In this document: piece after piece, positions 10,619 through 21,113 of the stretch
Layout: each line of letters starts with the position of its first letter
Numbering within the stretch: the first letter of the stretch is position 1
Origin: an uncultured Rhodospirillales bacterium
GTDB taxonomy: Bacteria; Pseudomonadota; Alphaproteobacteria; ATCC43930; CGMCC-115725
Length of the DNA stretch: 64,000 bases
Assembly (NCBI GenBank): GCA_903828515.1
Contig: CAIKMD010000007.1
Coordinates: forward strand, 1,208,706-1,272,705
Direction: 5' to 3'
The notes under the pieces: generated by a model
The model's input: the letters and a program-made list of their open reading frames with translations, nothing else
Databases searched by the model: none
Told to the model about the DNA's origin: nothing
Position numbers and translations under genes: made by a program

Positions 10619-12055
10619 GTGGAGAGCGAAGCGCTCTTGCAAGAAATCGCAGGCTATTGCCGCCGTGTCGGCATGGCCGAGTCGACCTTCGGTCGCCTTG
10701 CCGTCAATGACGGCAAGCTGGTCAGTCGTCTGCGTTTCGGCGGCCGCGTGCGCGGCAAGACGGTCGAGCGGGTGCGCGAGTTCATGACCCGACGCGACGA
10801 AGATCCCGCAGCCCGACGCAACCGGACCCGGCTGATTGCCGATCCCGCGCCGGCTCCGGTTCCGGTATCGCCTCAGGGAGCCACGCCTGTCATGTCGTCG
10901 TCCGATGTCGTCGATCCGCAAGCGCCCGCGGACAAGAATTTCCGGTTCTTCGACAACCGGCAGAAATACCTGCTCTTCGTCAACACCTGCAGCGAGAAGT
11001 GGGTGGTGGCCGATCGAGTCGCGCTGGAACTGGCCAATATCCATCCGCATCCGCCGGGCCTGCGGATTTTCGATGCCGGCGTCGGCGACGGTACCGTGCT
11101 CACCCGGGTCATGCGCTCGATGCACCAGCGCTTTCCGACCGTACCGTTCTATCTGGTCGGCAAGGAGATCAGCCTCGAGGACGTCCGGCTCACGCTCGAA
11201 AAGATGCCGGACCGGTTTTTCGAGCACCCCGCCTCGGTGCTGGTTCTCACCAACATGTATTATTCCGAGGCGCCCTGGCTCACCCCCAATTCGGTGACCG
11301 CGGCGACCAGTCTGGTCTGGCATGAGCAGAGTCTTTTGGGTAATACCGCTCATGAATTCGAGCAGCAGATCACCGAACTGCAAGGCTTCCTGGCGCAGAA
11401 CTGGCGCGCCAAGGTCAGCAAGGTCAGCGGCAATCCGATCTACGAAAAGCCGGTCGTGCTGGTACTCTATCGCGAGGACTACAAATTCCTCCTCGACGGG
11501 CTGCGCCCCCGCCGCGGCGCCGCGCGCGCCGATTACGATCTGGTCATTGCCTCGCAGCCTTATCGCGCCCGCGCCTCGGTCGAATTCAAGGCCCAGAAGG
11601 TCGTGGCGCCGCTCGCCCGCGCGCTGGCGCCGGGCGGCCGGCTCATCGGCATCCATTCGCATGGCCAGGATCCCGGCCTCGAAATCATCCAGAAGGTCTG
11701 GCCCGGCGAAAACCCGTTCAGTACAGACCGGCACAAGCTGCTCCGCGCGACCAAGGCCGAACTCGGCAGTGCCGGTCGTCACCTCAATTTCAATGCCTAT
11801 TCCGATGCACGGTCGCTCTTCCGCTATGCCATGCATACGCTGCCGAGCGAAGTGGCGGAGACCATCGGCACGTCGACGCTGTTCGCGGCGTGGAATGCCG
11901 CCATCTACGTTGCCCAGATCGAGGATCAGAGGCTGGGCGATGTAATCAACGGATCGGAATACCTTGATGCCACCAAGGAAGTGTTGCAGAAACACGGTGG
12001 ATTATGGTTTTGGGATGAATCCTATGTGATCTCGCGCAAGCGGGATTCGGCGTGA
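10619..12055 (+). CDS. Conserved protein with class I SAM-methyltransferase-like motif I; function unknown
   Basis: 478-aa ORF with high GC3 coding bias. It has a RIFDAGVGDGTVL glycine-rich loop (motif I, D/ExGxGxG). The stop lies 24 nt upstream of the metK start, implying co-transcription. The GTG start is uncertain. Confidence 0.6.
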   Translation: MESEALLQEIAGYCRRVGMAESTFGRLAVNDGKLVSRLRFGGRVRGKTVERVREFMTRRDEDPAARRNRTRLIADPAPAPVPVSPQGATPVMSSSDVVDPQAPADKNFRFFDNRQKYLLFVNTCSEKWVVADRVALELANIHPHPPGLRIFDAGVGDGTVLTRVMRSMHQRFPTVPFYLVGKEISLEDVRLTLEKMPDRFFEHPASVLVLTNMYYSEAPWLTPNSVTAATSLVWHEQSLLGNTAHEFEQQITELQGFLAQNWRAKVSKVSGNPIYEKPVVLVLYREDYKFLLDGLRPRRGAARADYDLVIASQPYRARASVEFKAQKVVAPLARALAPGGRLIGIHSHGQDPGLEIIQKVWPGENPFSTDRHKLLRATKAELGSAGRHLNFNAYSDARSLFRYAMHTLPSEVAETIGTSTLFAAWNAAIYVAQIEDQRLGDVINGSEYLDATKEVLQKHGGLWFWDESYVISRKRDSA

Positions 12056-12079
12056 CCCGAGAAGCAGGAGTTTAACAAC

Positions 12080-13246
12080 GTGGCCAAAGGCGATTTTCTC
12101 TTCACCAGCGAATCGGTGTCCGAAGGACATCCCGATAAAGTTTGCGACCAGATTTCGGATGCGGTCGTCGACGCCTATCTTGGGGCGGATCCGACCGCGC
12201 GCGTGGCGTGCGAAACGCTGGCGACCACCAATCGCGTCGTCCTTGCCGGCGAAGTGCGCGGTCCCGCCAGCATCACCAAAGACGTGCTGATCGAAGCGGC
12301 GCGTCAGCGCATCAAGGCGATCGGCTACGAGCAGGAAGGCTTTCACTGGAAGAACGCCGAGATCGAATGTCTGATCCATCAGCAATCGGCCGACATCGCC
12401 CAGGGCGTCGACGCTGCGGGCAATAAGGACGAGGGCGCGGGCGATCAGGGCATCATGTTCGGCTATGCCTGCCGCGAAACTGCCGAGCTCATGCCGGCGC
12501 CGATTCAATTCGCCCATCAGATCCTGAAATCGATGGCTGATGCCCGCCACAGCGGCGCGACCCCCGATTTCGGTCCCGACGCCAAGAGCCAGGTGACGCT
12601 GCAATATGTCGGCGGCAAGCCGGTGCGCGCGACGTCGGTCGTGGTCTCGACCCAGCATTCCGAAAAGGTCAACCAGGAACAGGTCCGCGAGATCGTTCGC
12701 CCCCACGTCCTGAAGGTCCTGCCGAAAGGCTGGATGTGCCCCGAGGACGCGTTCTACGTCAATCCGACCGGCCGTTTCGTCATCGGCGGACCGGACGGCG
12801 ATTGCGGCCTGACCGGGCGCAAGATCATCGTCGACACCTACGGCGGCGCTTCGCCCCATGGCGGCGGCGCGTTCTCGGGCAAGGACCCGACCAAGGTCGA
12901 TCGCTCGGCGGCTTATGCCGCGCGCTATGTCGCGAAAAATGTCGTGGCGGCGGGACTGGCCGAACGCTGCACCATTCAGCTATCCTACGCCATCGGCGTG
13001 TCGCGTCCGCTCTCGGTTTACATCAATACAGATGGCACCGGGACGGTGGACGAAGACAAGCTGTCGCGCGTGATCCAGGAAATGGTCGATCTGAGCCCGC
13101 GCGGCATTCGCACCCACTTAGGCCTTAACAAGCCGATTTATGTGCGCACCGCGGCTTATGGGCATTTCGGCCGGGCGCCCGAGGCTGACGGCGGTTTCTC
13201 ATGGGAGAAGACCGATCTCGCCCAGGCGCTAAGAGGAGCATTCTAA
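12080..13246 (+). CDS. metK: S-adenosylmethionine synthetase
   Basis: Hallmark N-terminus [21 protein letters not shown], plus [12 protein letters not shown] and [22 protein letters not shown] start 9 nt after an AGGAG. Confidence 0.97.
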   Translation: MAKGDFLFTSESVSEGHPDKVCDQISDAVVDAYLGADPTARVACETLATTNRVVLAGEVRGPASITKDVLIEAARQRIKAIGYEQEGFHWKNAEIECLIHQQSADIAQGVDAAGNKDEGAGDQGIMFGYACRETAELMPAPIQFAHQILKSMADARHSGATPDFGPDAKSQVTLQYVGGKPVRATSVVVSTQHSEKVNQEQVREIVRPHVLKVLPKGWMCPEDAFYVNPTGRFVIGGPDGDCGLTGRKIIVDTYGGASPHGGGAFSGKDPTKVDRSAAYAARYVAKNVVAAGLAERCTIQLSYAIGVSRPLSVYINTDGTGTVDEDKLSRVIQEMVDLSPRGIRTHLGLNKPIYVRTAAYGHFGRAPEADGGFSWEKTDLAQALRGAF

Positions 13247-13247
13247 G

Positions 13248-14543
<1,296 letters not shown>

Positions 14544-14550
14544 GATCAAA

Positions 14551-14580
14551 CCCTCTCCGCCCGTTCATGGGCGGAGAGGG
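14551..14580 (+). terminator. GC-rich perfect hairpin after ahcY (possible terminator or processing site)
   Basis: CCCTCTCCGCCC-gttcat-GGGCGGAGAGGG, a 12-bp perfect stem starting 8 nt after the ahcY stop. Only a weak T tract follows (ttcgagc). Confidence 0.5.
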
Positions 14581-14638
14581 TTCGAGCTTCGCGGGTCGAA
14601 GAGGCGGATGAGATGACTGTTCGCTTGCGAGACTTTCA

Positions 14639-15559
14639 ATGACATCGATCAGCGCTCTTGGCGACGCCCTCGGCAGCGGCAAGTTTGTCGTCACTGCTGA
14701 GGTAGCCCCTCCGGTCTCCGCCGACCCGGCCGATCTTCTTGCGCGCGCGCTGCCGCTCAAGGGCATCGCCACCGCGGTCAATCTCACGGACGGCGCGGGG
14801 GCCAAGGCGCATCTCGCCAGCCTCGTCTCGGCGCATCTGCTGCTGCAGAACGGGATCGAACCGATCCTGCAGATGACCTGCCGCGACCGCAACCGGTTGG
14901 CGCTGGAAAGCGACCTGATCGGCGCGGCGGCGTTGGGCATCCGCAACGTCCTGATGCTCACCGGCGACGATCCCAAGGAAGGCGACCAGCCCGAAACCAA
15001 GGCGGTCTTCGACGTCAACAGCCAAGGCCTGATGGCAATCGCGCAACGGATGCGCCGCGAGCATCAGCTTCCCACCGGAACCGCGATCAAGGGGACGCTC
15101 GACTTCGTGCTCGGCGGCGCCGACATGCCGCTCGATCCGCCGGCGGATTGGGTCCCGAAATCGCTCACCGCCAAGATCGAGGCGGGCGCCGATTTCGTCC
15201 AAACCCAGTTTTGCATGGATACCCGCATCGTTCGCGCCTACGCGGCGCGGCTGATGGAACTGGGCGTGGCGCAGCGGGTCAAAATCCTCATCGGCGTTTG
15301 CCCCATTCCCTCGGCGCGCTCGGCGCGCTGGATGAAGGAAAAGCTCTTCGGCACGGTCATTTCGGATCAGATTGTCGATCGGCTGGAGAAGGCGCAAAAT
15401 CCCAAGGCCGAGGGCATCAAGATCTGCGCCGAGCTGATGCAGGAATTTGCGACCATTCCGGGCATCGCCGGCGCCCATGTGATGGCGCCCCAGGCCCCCT
15501 CCGTCATTCCGGAGGTGATCGCTACATCGGGTGTCGCGGGGAAACCGCGCGCCCTCTGA
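14639..15559 (+). CDS. metF: Methylenetetrahydrofolate reductase (short MetF-type)
   Basis: 306-aa protein. FVVTAEVAPP...NLTDGAGAKAH...QMTCRDRNR...LMLTGDDP are typical MTHFR TIM-barrel blocks. It follows ahcY. Confidence 0.8.
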   Translation: MTSISALGDALGSGKFVVTAEVAPPVSADPADLLARALPLKGIATAVNLTDGAGAKAHLASLVSAHLLLQNGIEPILQMTCRDRNRLALESDLIGAAALGIRNVLMLTGDDPKEGDQPETKAVFDVNSQGLMAIAQRMRREHQLPTGTAIKGTLDFVLGGADMPLDPPADWVPKSLTAKIEAGADFVQTQFCMDTRIVRAYAARLMELGVAQRVKILIGVCPIPSARSARWMKEKLFGTVISDQIVDRLEKAQNPKAEGIKICAELMQEFATIPGIAGAHVMAPQAPSVIPEVIATSGVAGKPRAL

Positions 15560-15574
15560 CTGGAGGAAGCGTGC

Positions 15575-16120
15575 ATGCCCCGCGTCAAGACTTTCACCTT
15601 CGAAGAACTCGACCCCGAACAAAAACGCGTCTGGCAGGAAGTGGGTGCGGTGCGCAGCGGTTCGCCCGGCGGCCCGTTCGCGGTCTGGATGCACACGCCG
15701 AAGATCGCCGAGCGTGCGCATCATTTCGGCAACGCGGTGCGGCTCGAAGGCAAGCTGGGGCGCAAGCTCCTGGAGCTCGTCGTCCTCACCGTCGCGCGGG
15801 ATTGGTCGGCGCAGTATGTCTTTGCCGCGCATGTGCCACCCGGCCGCGAGTACGGCCTCAAGGAAGACGTGATCGAGGCGATCCGCACGCGTCGCACGCC
15901 GGTCTTTGCCGACGACGAGGAAAAACTGGTCTACGACACGACGCGCGAGATTCTCGAGAGCAAGCGCCTCAGCGACGAGAGCTACGCGCATGCCGAAAAG
16001 ACACTCGGCCTCGACCGGATGATCGAGCTGGTCACCGCGGTCGGCTTTTATATGACCGCGTCGGCGATGGTGAACAGCTTCGACATCGGCCCCCGCCACG
16101 AAGGCAAGCGCCTGATCTGA
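15575..16120 (+). CDS. Carboxymuconolactone decarboxylase (AhpD-like) family protein
   Basis: 181 aa. The helical AhpD/CMD-like pattern (ARDWSAQYVFAAHVPPGREYGL) was recognised from memory of the family. Confidence 0.6.
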   Translation: MPRVKTFTFEELDPEQKRVWQEVGAVRSGSPGGPFAVWMHTPKIAERAHHFGNAVRLEGKLGRKLLELVVLTVARDWSAQYVFAAHVPPGREYGLKEDVIEAIRTRRTPVFADDEEKLVYDTTREILESKRLSDESYAHAEKTLGLDRMIELVTAVGFYMTASAMVNSFDIGPRHEGKRLI

Positions 16121-16525
16121 TCAGGCGTCGGTCACCGCCGTCAGGTCGATCTCGATCAGGAAATCGGGGTTCGAGAGCCGGGTCACGCCGATCATGGTGC
16201 TGGTCGGCGGGTGATCGGCATTCTCCGGGCGCTTGGTGGTTGGATCGCGCATCACCTTCATCAGGGCATCGACGTCGAGGGTGAAGACGCGGCGCACCAC
16301 GACGTCGTCCCACGTCGCGCCGGCGGCCTTCAGTTGGATCGTCAGCCCTTCGATGATGTGCTCGTATTGCTTCTTGTAGTCGCCTTTGGCGACCGGCTGA
16401 TATTTGTCGTCCGACGGCGTCTGGCCGGCGATGAAGATGAACTTGCACGGCCCCTTGACCGTGACCACGCGCGAATAGCTCGGGTGTTTGAAGAGTTGCG
16501 GCGGATTGATGAATTCTTTTTCCAT
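16121..16525 (-). CDS. RidA/YjgF/L-PSP family enamine/imine deaminase-like protein
   Basis: 134 aa. YSRVVTVKGPCKFIFIAGQTP...IGVTRLSNPDFLIEIDLTAV matches the RidA fold signature. Confidence 0.85.
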   Translation of the reverse strand: MEKEFINPPQLFKHPSYSRVVTVKGPCKFIFIAGQTPSDDKYQPVAKGDYKKQYEHIIEGLTIQLKAAGATWDDVVVRRVFTLDVDALMKVMRDPTTKRPENADHPPTSTMIGVTRLSNPDFLIEIDLTAVTDA

Positions 16526-16538
16526 GATGTCCTCCCGG

Positions 16539-17048
16539 TTAGGGCGCGGTGCTCCACGCCTTGAAGTCTTCGTCCGATACTTTCGGCAGTTGCTTGACGA
16601 AAGCGGTGATCGCCCAGATTTCCTTGTCGTCGACGCCGACGCGGGCGAAGCTCGGCATGCCGGTCATGTTGATGCCGTTCTTCACCACCCAGAAGATTTC
16701 GCGCGGCGCGAGAGCATCGGCGAGGTCTTTGAGATCGGGCGGGTCGGGGCGCAGGCCTTCCGAGAACTTCGCCCAATCCGCGCCCGGGCCGCCGTGACAG
16801 CTCACGCAACCGCGTTGGGCGAAAGCCTTGGCGCCGGCCCGAACGGTCGCGGGGTCGGTGAACTCGGGCGGTGCGATGTCGGTCGCATGGCGACCGATCG
16901 AGGCGTTGCGCACCTGGGTCAGGGCCCAGGCGACCGGTGCCGGATCGGCGTTGACCGCCGAGATGCTGTAAAAGCCGCCGAAGAAATATCCGGCGGCGGC
17001 AATGCCGAGGATGACGGCGAGAAAGCCGATGAAAGCAAAGAGTCGCAT
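16539..17048 (-). CDS. Membrane-anchored c-type cytochrome
   Basis: N-terminal TM helix (MRLFAFIGFLAVILGIAAAGYFFGG), a single CVSCH haem-binding motif and a distal Met context (NMTGMPSF). Confidence 0.85.
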   Translation of the reverse strand: MRLFAFIGFLAVILGIAAAGYFFGGFYSISAVNADPAPVAWALTQVRNASIGRHATDIAPPEFTDPATVRAGAKAFAQRGCVSCHGGPGADWAKFSEGLRPDPPDLKDLADALAPREIFWVVKNGINMTGMPSFARVGVDDKEIWAITAFVKQLPKVSDEDFKAWSTAP

Positions 17049-17075
17049 AGGGTGGCTCCTGTTTGCGGGTTTGAC

Positions 17076-17594
17076 TTAGCCGGGGCTTGCCGTGCCGGTG
17101 ACGGGGTGACCAAGACCCAGGGGCTTGCCGTCGATCAGCACGAAGGCGACGCGCGCGGGTTTGTCCGACCGATTGACCCAGGCGTGGTTGGTACCGCGTT
17201 GGATCAGGATGTCACCGGCCTTGAGCTTCACAGTCGATTGATCCATGTCCATTTCGATCTCGCCCGCCAAGACTAATACATAATCGAGCGTCTCGGTGCG
17301 ATGCATCGTGCCGGGCGATCCGGCGGGAAAATCGATCACCGTGAAACGCGTGCCGTTGGGCGGCGGAGCGGTGCCCAGGATGCGCGCACCCATGTCCTCG
17401 GCGTTCTCGCCGATGGCGATGTCGGTCGGCGTTGCGTCGGTGCACCAGACCAAAGTGGAGACGTTGTTGCCGCTACGCGGCGGCTTCGCGTTGGTGGCGA
17501 AATCGTCGCGGATGACCTTGGCGATGCCGTTGGCGTCGTGGCCGGTGATGACGCGGCGGATCGGTGGGTTCTTGGCATCGGTCATGTCGGTCAC
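17076..17594 (-). CDS. Cupin domain protein
   Basis: 172 aa. PAGSPGTMHRTETLDYVLVLAGEIEMDMD...GDILIQRGTNHAW is a typical cupin motif 1/2 arrangement. It overlaps the upstream gene by 4 nt. Confidence 0.8.
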   Translation of the reverse strand: MTDMTDAKNPPIRRVITGHDANGIAKVIRDDFATNAKPPRSGNNVSTLVWCTDATPTDIAIGENAEDMGARILGTAPPPNGTRFTVIDFPAGSPGTMHRTETLDYVLVLAGEIEMDMDQSTVKLKAGDILIQRGTNHAWVNRSDKPARVAFVLIDGKPLGLGHPVTGTASPG

Positions 17595-18547
17595 GCGAAT
17601 TTGGGGAAGAGTTTAAGCGCATTGCCACGCTCGATCGCGGCGATCTGATCGGGCGTCAGGTTCAATTTCTGTAACTGCTTGGCGAAAATGTCGATTCCCC
17701 AGAACGGGTAATCCGAACCGAGAAGAAGCTGCGTGACCGGCGCCATCGCGGTCAGCGCGGCCATGGCGACGGGATTGGTCACGCTGGTCACGTCGTAAAA
17801 GAGTTTTGCGAATTCATACATCGCACCTTTGGGCACGCGCGCGGCCGCTGCGCTGGCGAAGGAACGCTCAAGCGATCCGGCGACGCGTCCGGCCAGCATC
17901 GGCAAGGTGCCGCCGCCATGGGAGAAAATGAAGCGCAGATCGGCGCAGCGCGAGAGCGTCCCGCTATAGAGCAGGTCGACGATGCAGCGCGTGCTGTCGG
18001 TCGGGAACTCGATCGTCGCGACCGAGATGCCGGGGATCAGATGGGTGCAGCAGGTCGGCGATGTCGGATGGAAATAGACCACCGACTTACGCCGGTTGAG
18101 TTCGTCGAAGATCGGCGCGAATTTAGGATTGCCCGGCCAGACATCGCCATAGCTCGTCATCAACCCGACGCCGTCGAGCTTCAGCACGTCGAGCGCGTAT
18201 TCGATCTCGCGCAAGCTCGAATCGACATCGACGAAGGGGAGGGCGGCGAACATGCCGAAGCGACCTTTATGGTCGCGGCACATCTGCGCGCCGTATTCGT
18301 TGCACTCACGCGCCAGACGCTTGGCCTGATCGACATCGCCGAACCACACGCCGGGGGTCGAGACCGACATGATCGCGGTGGCGGTGCCGGCTTCGTCCAT
18401 CGCCTCGACCGCGCCGGTCGGCGACCAGGCGAGCAACTGCTCGGCCGGGATCGCCTGCGCGTCGGCGAGGATGCGTTCCCGCTCCTCGGCGAGCCATTTC
18501 GGCGGCAGGATGTGATGGTGGGTGTCGATGCGGTGCGGTGCGGGCAT
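17591..18547 (-). CDS. Amidohydrolase-2 (ACMSD/LigW/lactonase) family protein
   Basis: N-terminal metal-binding motif IDTHHHILPP, later FSHGGG and a C-terminal GSDYPF, as in PF04909-type enzymes. Confidence 0.85.
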   Translation of the reverse strand: MPAPHRIDTHHHILPPKWLAEERERILADAQAIPAEQLLAWSPTGAVEAMDEAGTATAIMSVSTPGVWFGDVDQAKRLARECNEYGAQMCRDHKGRFGMFAALPFVDVDSSLREIEYALDVLKLDGVGLMTSYGDVWPGNPKFAPIFDELNRRKSVVYFHPTSPTCCTHLIPGISVATIEFPTDSTRCIVDLLYSGTLSRCADLRFIFSHGGGTLPMLAGRVAGSLERSFASAAAARVPKGAMYEFAKLFYDVTSVTNPVAMAALTAMAPVTQLLLGSDYPFWGIDIFAKQLQKLNLTPDQIAAIERGNALKLFPKFA

Positions 18548-18564
18548 TGAGGTTCCTCTTTGGT

Positions 18565-20175
18565 TCAGGCGCCGCGCGCGATGAAATCGGCGGCATGCTC
18601 GGCGATCATGATGGTGGGGGCGTTGGTGTTGCCGCTGGTGATCGTCGGCATGATCGAGGCATCCGCGACACGCAGGCCATCGATGCCGCGCACGCGTAAT
18701 TTAGTGTCGACCACGGCGTCGGCGTCCGATCCCATGCGGCAGGTGCCGACCGGGTGGAACACCGTCTTGGCGTACTGACGCACGAATTCGGCCAGTGGTT
18801 CGTCCTCGTCGGGCACGTCGTCGCCGGGCAGGAATTCGCGCTCGACGACGCGGGCGAGCGACGGCGCCTTCAACATGCGCCGCGCCAGCCTGGTGCCGCG
18901 CACAAGAGTATCGACGTCGTCCTGATGCGACAGGTAATTGCCTTTGAAGCGCGGCCCGTCATTCGGGTCGGTGCTTTTGAGGCGGATTTCGCCGCGCGAT
19001 TTCGGCCGCATTAGGCTGGGTTGAACCGACAGCCCGTGAACCGGGGGCATCGGCGAATTCAACTCGCCGCGTAGTATCGGCAGAAAGGTGAATTGCGTGT
19101 CGCAGCGTCCGTCGCCGTCGAGATCGAAAAATCCGCCAGCCTCGACGACGTTGGAGGTCACGAGGCCGGTGCGGAAGAAATACCATTCAAGAAAATTCTT
19201 CAGACCCTTGAAGCCTTTTTCCTCGCCGAGGACGCTGATCTTCTCGCGGCATTGGCCGTGAACCGGCACCGAGAGATGGTCCTGGAAATTGCCCCCGACC
19301 GCGGGCCGGTCGAGCGCCACCGCGATGCCGTGTTCTTTCAAATGCTCGGCGGGGCCGATGCCCGACCGCATCAGCACGGTTGGCGAGGCCAATGCGCCGG
19401 CGGTCAGGATCACCTCGCGCGTCGCCGTCGCTTCGACCGGTGCGCCGTTCTCGCGAAAGGCGACGCCGGTCGCGCGGCGGTTGTTGATGATAATGCGGTC
19501 GACGCTGGCGCCCGTTCGCACGGTGAGATTGGGGCGTTTTTCGGCCTCGCGCAGATAGCAGCGCGCGGTGCTGGCGCGCTCGCCGTTTTCCTGCGTCACC
19601 TGGTGGAAGCCGACGCCTTCCTGGCTCTCGCCGTTGAAATCGTAGTTGTAGGGGATCGGCCGGTTCTGGGTCTCGCCGATCTCCTGCGCCGCGCGGATGA
19701 AGGCCTCGCTGAGCGGATGATGATGGCGCAGGTCGCAGACCTTCAACGGCCCGTCAGCGCCGTGGTAGCGCCCCGACAGCGTCGAATTGCCTTCCGATTT
19801 GCGGAAATACGGCAGCACATCCTCATAGCCCCAGCCGGCGCAGCCCATCGCCAGCCAATCGTCGTAGTCTTCCTTCTGGCCGCGAATATAGACCATGCCG
19901 TTGATTGAGCTGCCGCCGCCCAGCGTGCGGCCTTGCGGCACGAAGAGTTGGCGGTCATGCGCGGCGGGTTCGGGCTCGGTGGTGTATTTGAAGCTCCGCT
20001 CGGTCGGGATGACCTTGAAATTGCCCGCCGGCATGCGGATGAAGATGCTGTTGTCGCGCGGACCCGCTTCGAGCAACAGCACGCGGCATTTCGGGTCGGC
20101 GGTGAGGCGGTTGGCGAGCACGCAGCCGGCTGAGCCGGCGCCGACGATGATGTAATCGTAAGCGTCGCCGGTCAT
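18565..20175 (-). CDS. GMC family FAD-dependent oxidoreductase (choline/alcohol dehydrogenase-like)
   Basis: YDYIIVGAGSAGCVLANRLT (GxGxxG), GGSSINGMVYIRG and C-terminal HPVGTCRMG...VADASIMPTITSGNTNAPTIMIAE. Confidence 0.93.
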   Translation of the reverse strand: MTGDAYDYIIVGAGSAGCVLANRLTADPKCRVLLLEAGPRDNSIFIRMPAGNFKVIPTERSFKYTTEPEPAAHDRQLFVPQGRTLGGGSSINGMVYIRGQKEDYDDWLAMGCAGWGYEDVLPYFRKSEGNSTLSGRYHGADGPLKVCDLRHHHPLSEAFIRAAQEIGETQNRPIPYNYDFNGESQEGVGFHQVTQENGERASTARCYLREAEKRPNLTVRTGASVDRIIINNRRATGVAFRENGAPVEATATREVILTAGALASPTVLMRSGIGPAEHLKEHGIAVALDRPAVGGNFQDHLSVPVHGQCREKISVLGEEKGFKGLKNFLEWYFFRTGLVTSNVVEAGGFFDLDGDGRCDTQFTFLPILRGELNSPMPPVHGLSVQPSLMRPKSRGEIRLKSTDPNDGPRFKGNYLSHQDDVDTLVRGTRLARRMLKAPSLARVVEREFLPGDDVPDEDEPLAEFVRQYAKTVFHPVGTCRMGSDADAVVDTKLRVRGIDGLRVADASIMPTITSGNTNAPTIMIAEHAADFIARGA

Positions 20176-20182
20176 GGCCCGC

Positions 20183-21103
20183 TCATGGAATCATGGTCGC
20201 CATCACCGACGCGATATCGTCCATGCTCGTGCGCGCGACATCGACCAAGTTCTGCATTCGCATGAAACCATGGGTCACACCCTGGTAGCGCCGGATCGAG
20301 ACTTTGACGCCGGCGGCGGCGAGGCGCTTTCCATAGATTTCAGCCTCGTCGCGCAGCACGTCGTATTCGGCGGTCATGATGAGCGCGGGCGGCAGACCGG
20401 CGAGGCTCAAGGCGCGCAGCGGCGAAACCAGGGGGTTGCCGCGCTTGGTCTTATCGCCTTCGAGATAGTGGTCGTAGAACCAGTTCATGTCGGCTTCGGT
20501 CAGGACGAGGCCTTTGCCGAATTGACGATAGGAGTCGGTCTCCATGTCGCAATCGCAGACCGGATACATCAAAATCTGCAGCGCGATCCGGGGGCCGCCG
20601 CGATCGCGTGCCAGCATCGCGCAGACCGTGGCGAGATTGCCGCCGGCGCTATCGCCCGCGACGACCAGCGGAACCTTCAAGCGTTCGGCTTCCTTGGCGC
20701 ACCACAAAAGTGCGTCGAAACTGTCGTCGACCGGTGCGGGGAAGGGATGCTCGGGCGCCATGCGGTAGTCGACCAGCACGACCGCCGCGCCAGTCTTATC
20801 CACCATGAAACGGGCGATGAGTTCTGTCTCGTCGATCCCGCCGATGACCCAGCCACCGCCGTGATAGAACACGATCAGCGCCTTGGGGGCGGTCTTGGGC
20901 ATCAGGGTGCGACCGCGGATCGAACCCGCACGGGTCGGGATGTCGTGGTCCGTGATCGCGCCCACGTCCGGCCCCTTGCCGAACTGCGCGGTGCGCTTCG
21001 CCATGAAGTCGCGCGCCTCTTGCGGGGTGGTCTGGGCAATACCCTTCCATCCCGAGAGGAGCATCCCGTCGAGCATTTTCTGGACGACTGGATGAAGCGG
21101 CAT
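20183..21103 (-). CDS. Alpha/beta-hydrolase fold-3 esterase (HSL / family IV)
   Basis: HGGGW oxyanion motif (VFYHGGGWVIGG) and nucleophile elbow GDSAGGNLA. I chose the internal Met (MPLHPVVQKML) as start because the longer ORF-table form would overlap the upstream gene. Confidence 0.85.
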   Translation of the reverse strand: MPLHPVVQKMLDGMLLSGWKGIAQTTPQEARDFMAKRTAQFGKGPDVGAITDHDIPTRAGSIRGRTLMPKTAPKALIVFYHGGGWVIGGIDETELIARFMVDKTGAAVVLVDYRMAPEHPFPAPVDDSFDALLWCAKEAERLKVPLVVAGDSAGGNLATVCAMLARDRGGPRIALQILMYPVCDCDMETDSYRQFGKGLVLTEADMNWFYDHYLEGDKTKRGNPLVSPLRALSLAGLPPALIMTAEYDVLRDEAEIYGKRLAAAGVKVSIRRYQGVTHGFMRMQNLVDVARTSMDDIASVMATMIP

Positions 21104-21113
21104 GGTGGCCCTT

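Noticed and set aside
16118-16123. Convergent genes abut with zero spacing: the stop codons form the palindrome TGATCA.
   Set aside because: It is real but trivial. This looks like a compact genome arrangement without evident regulatory meaning.
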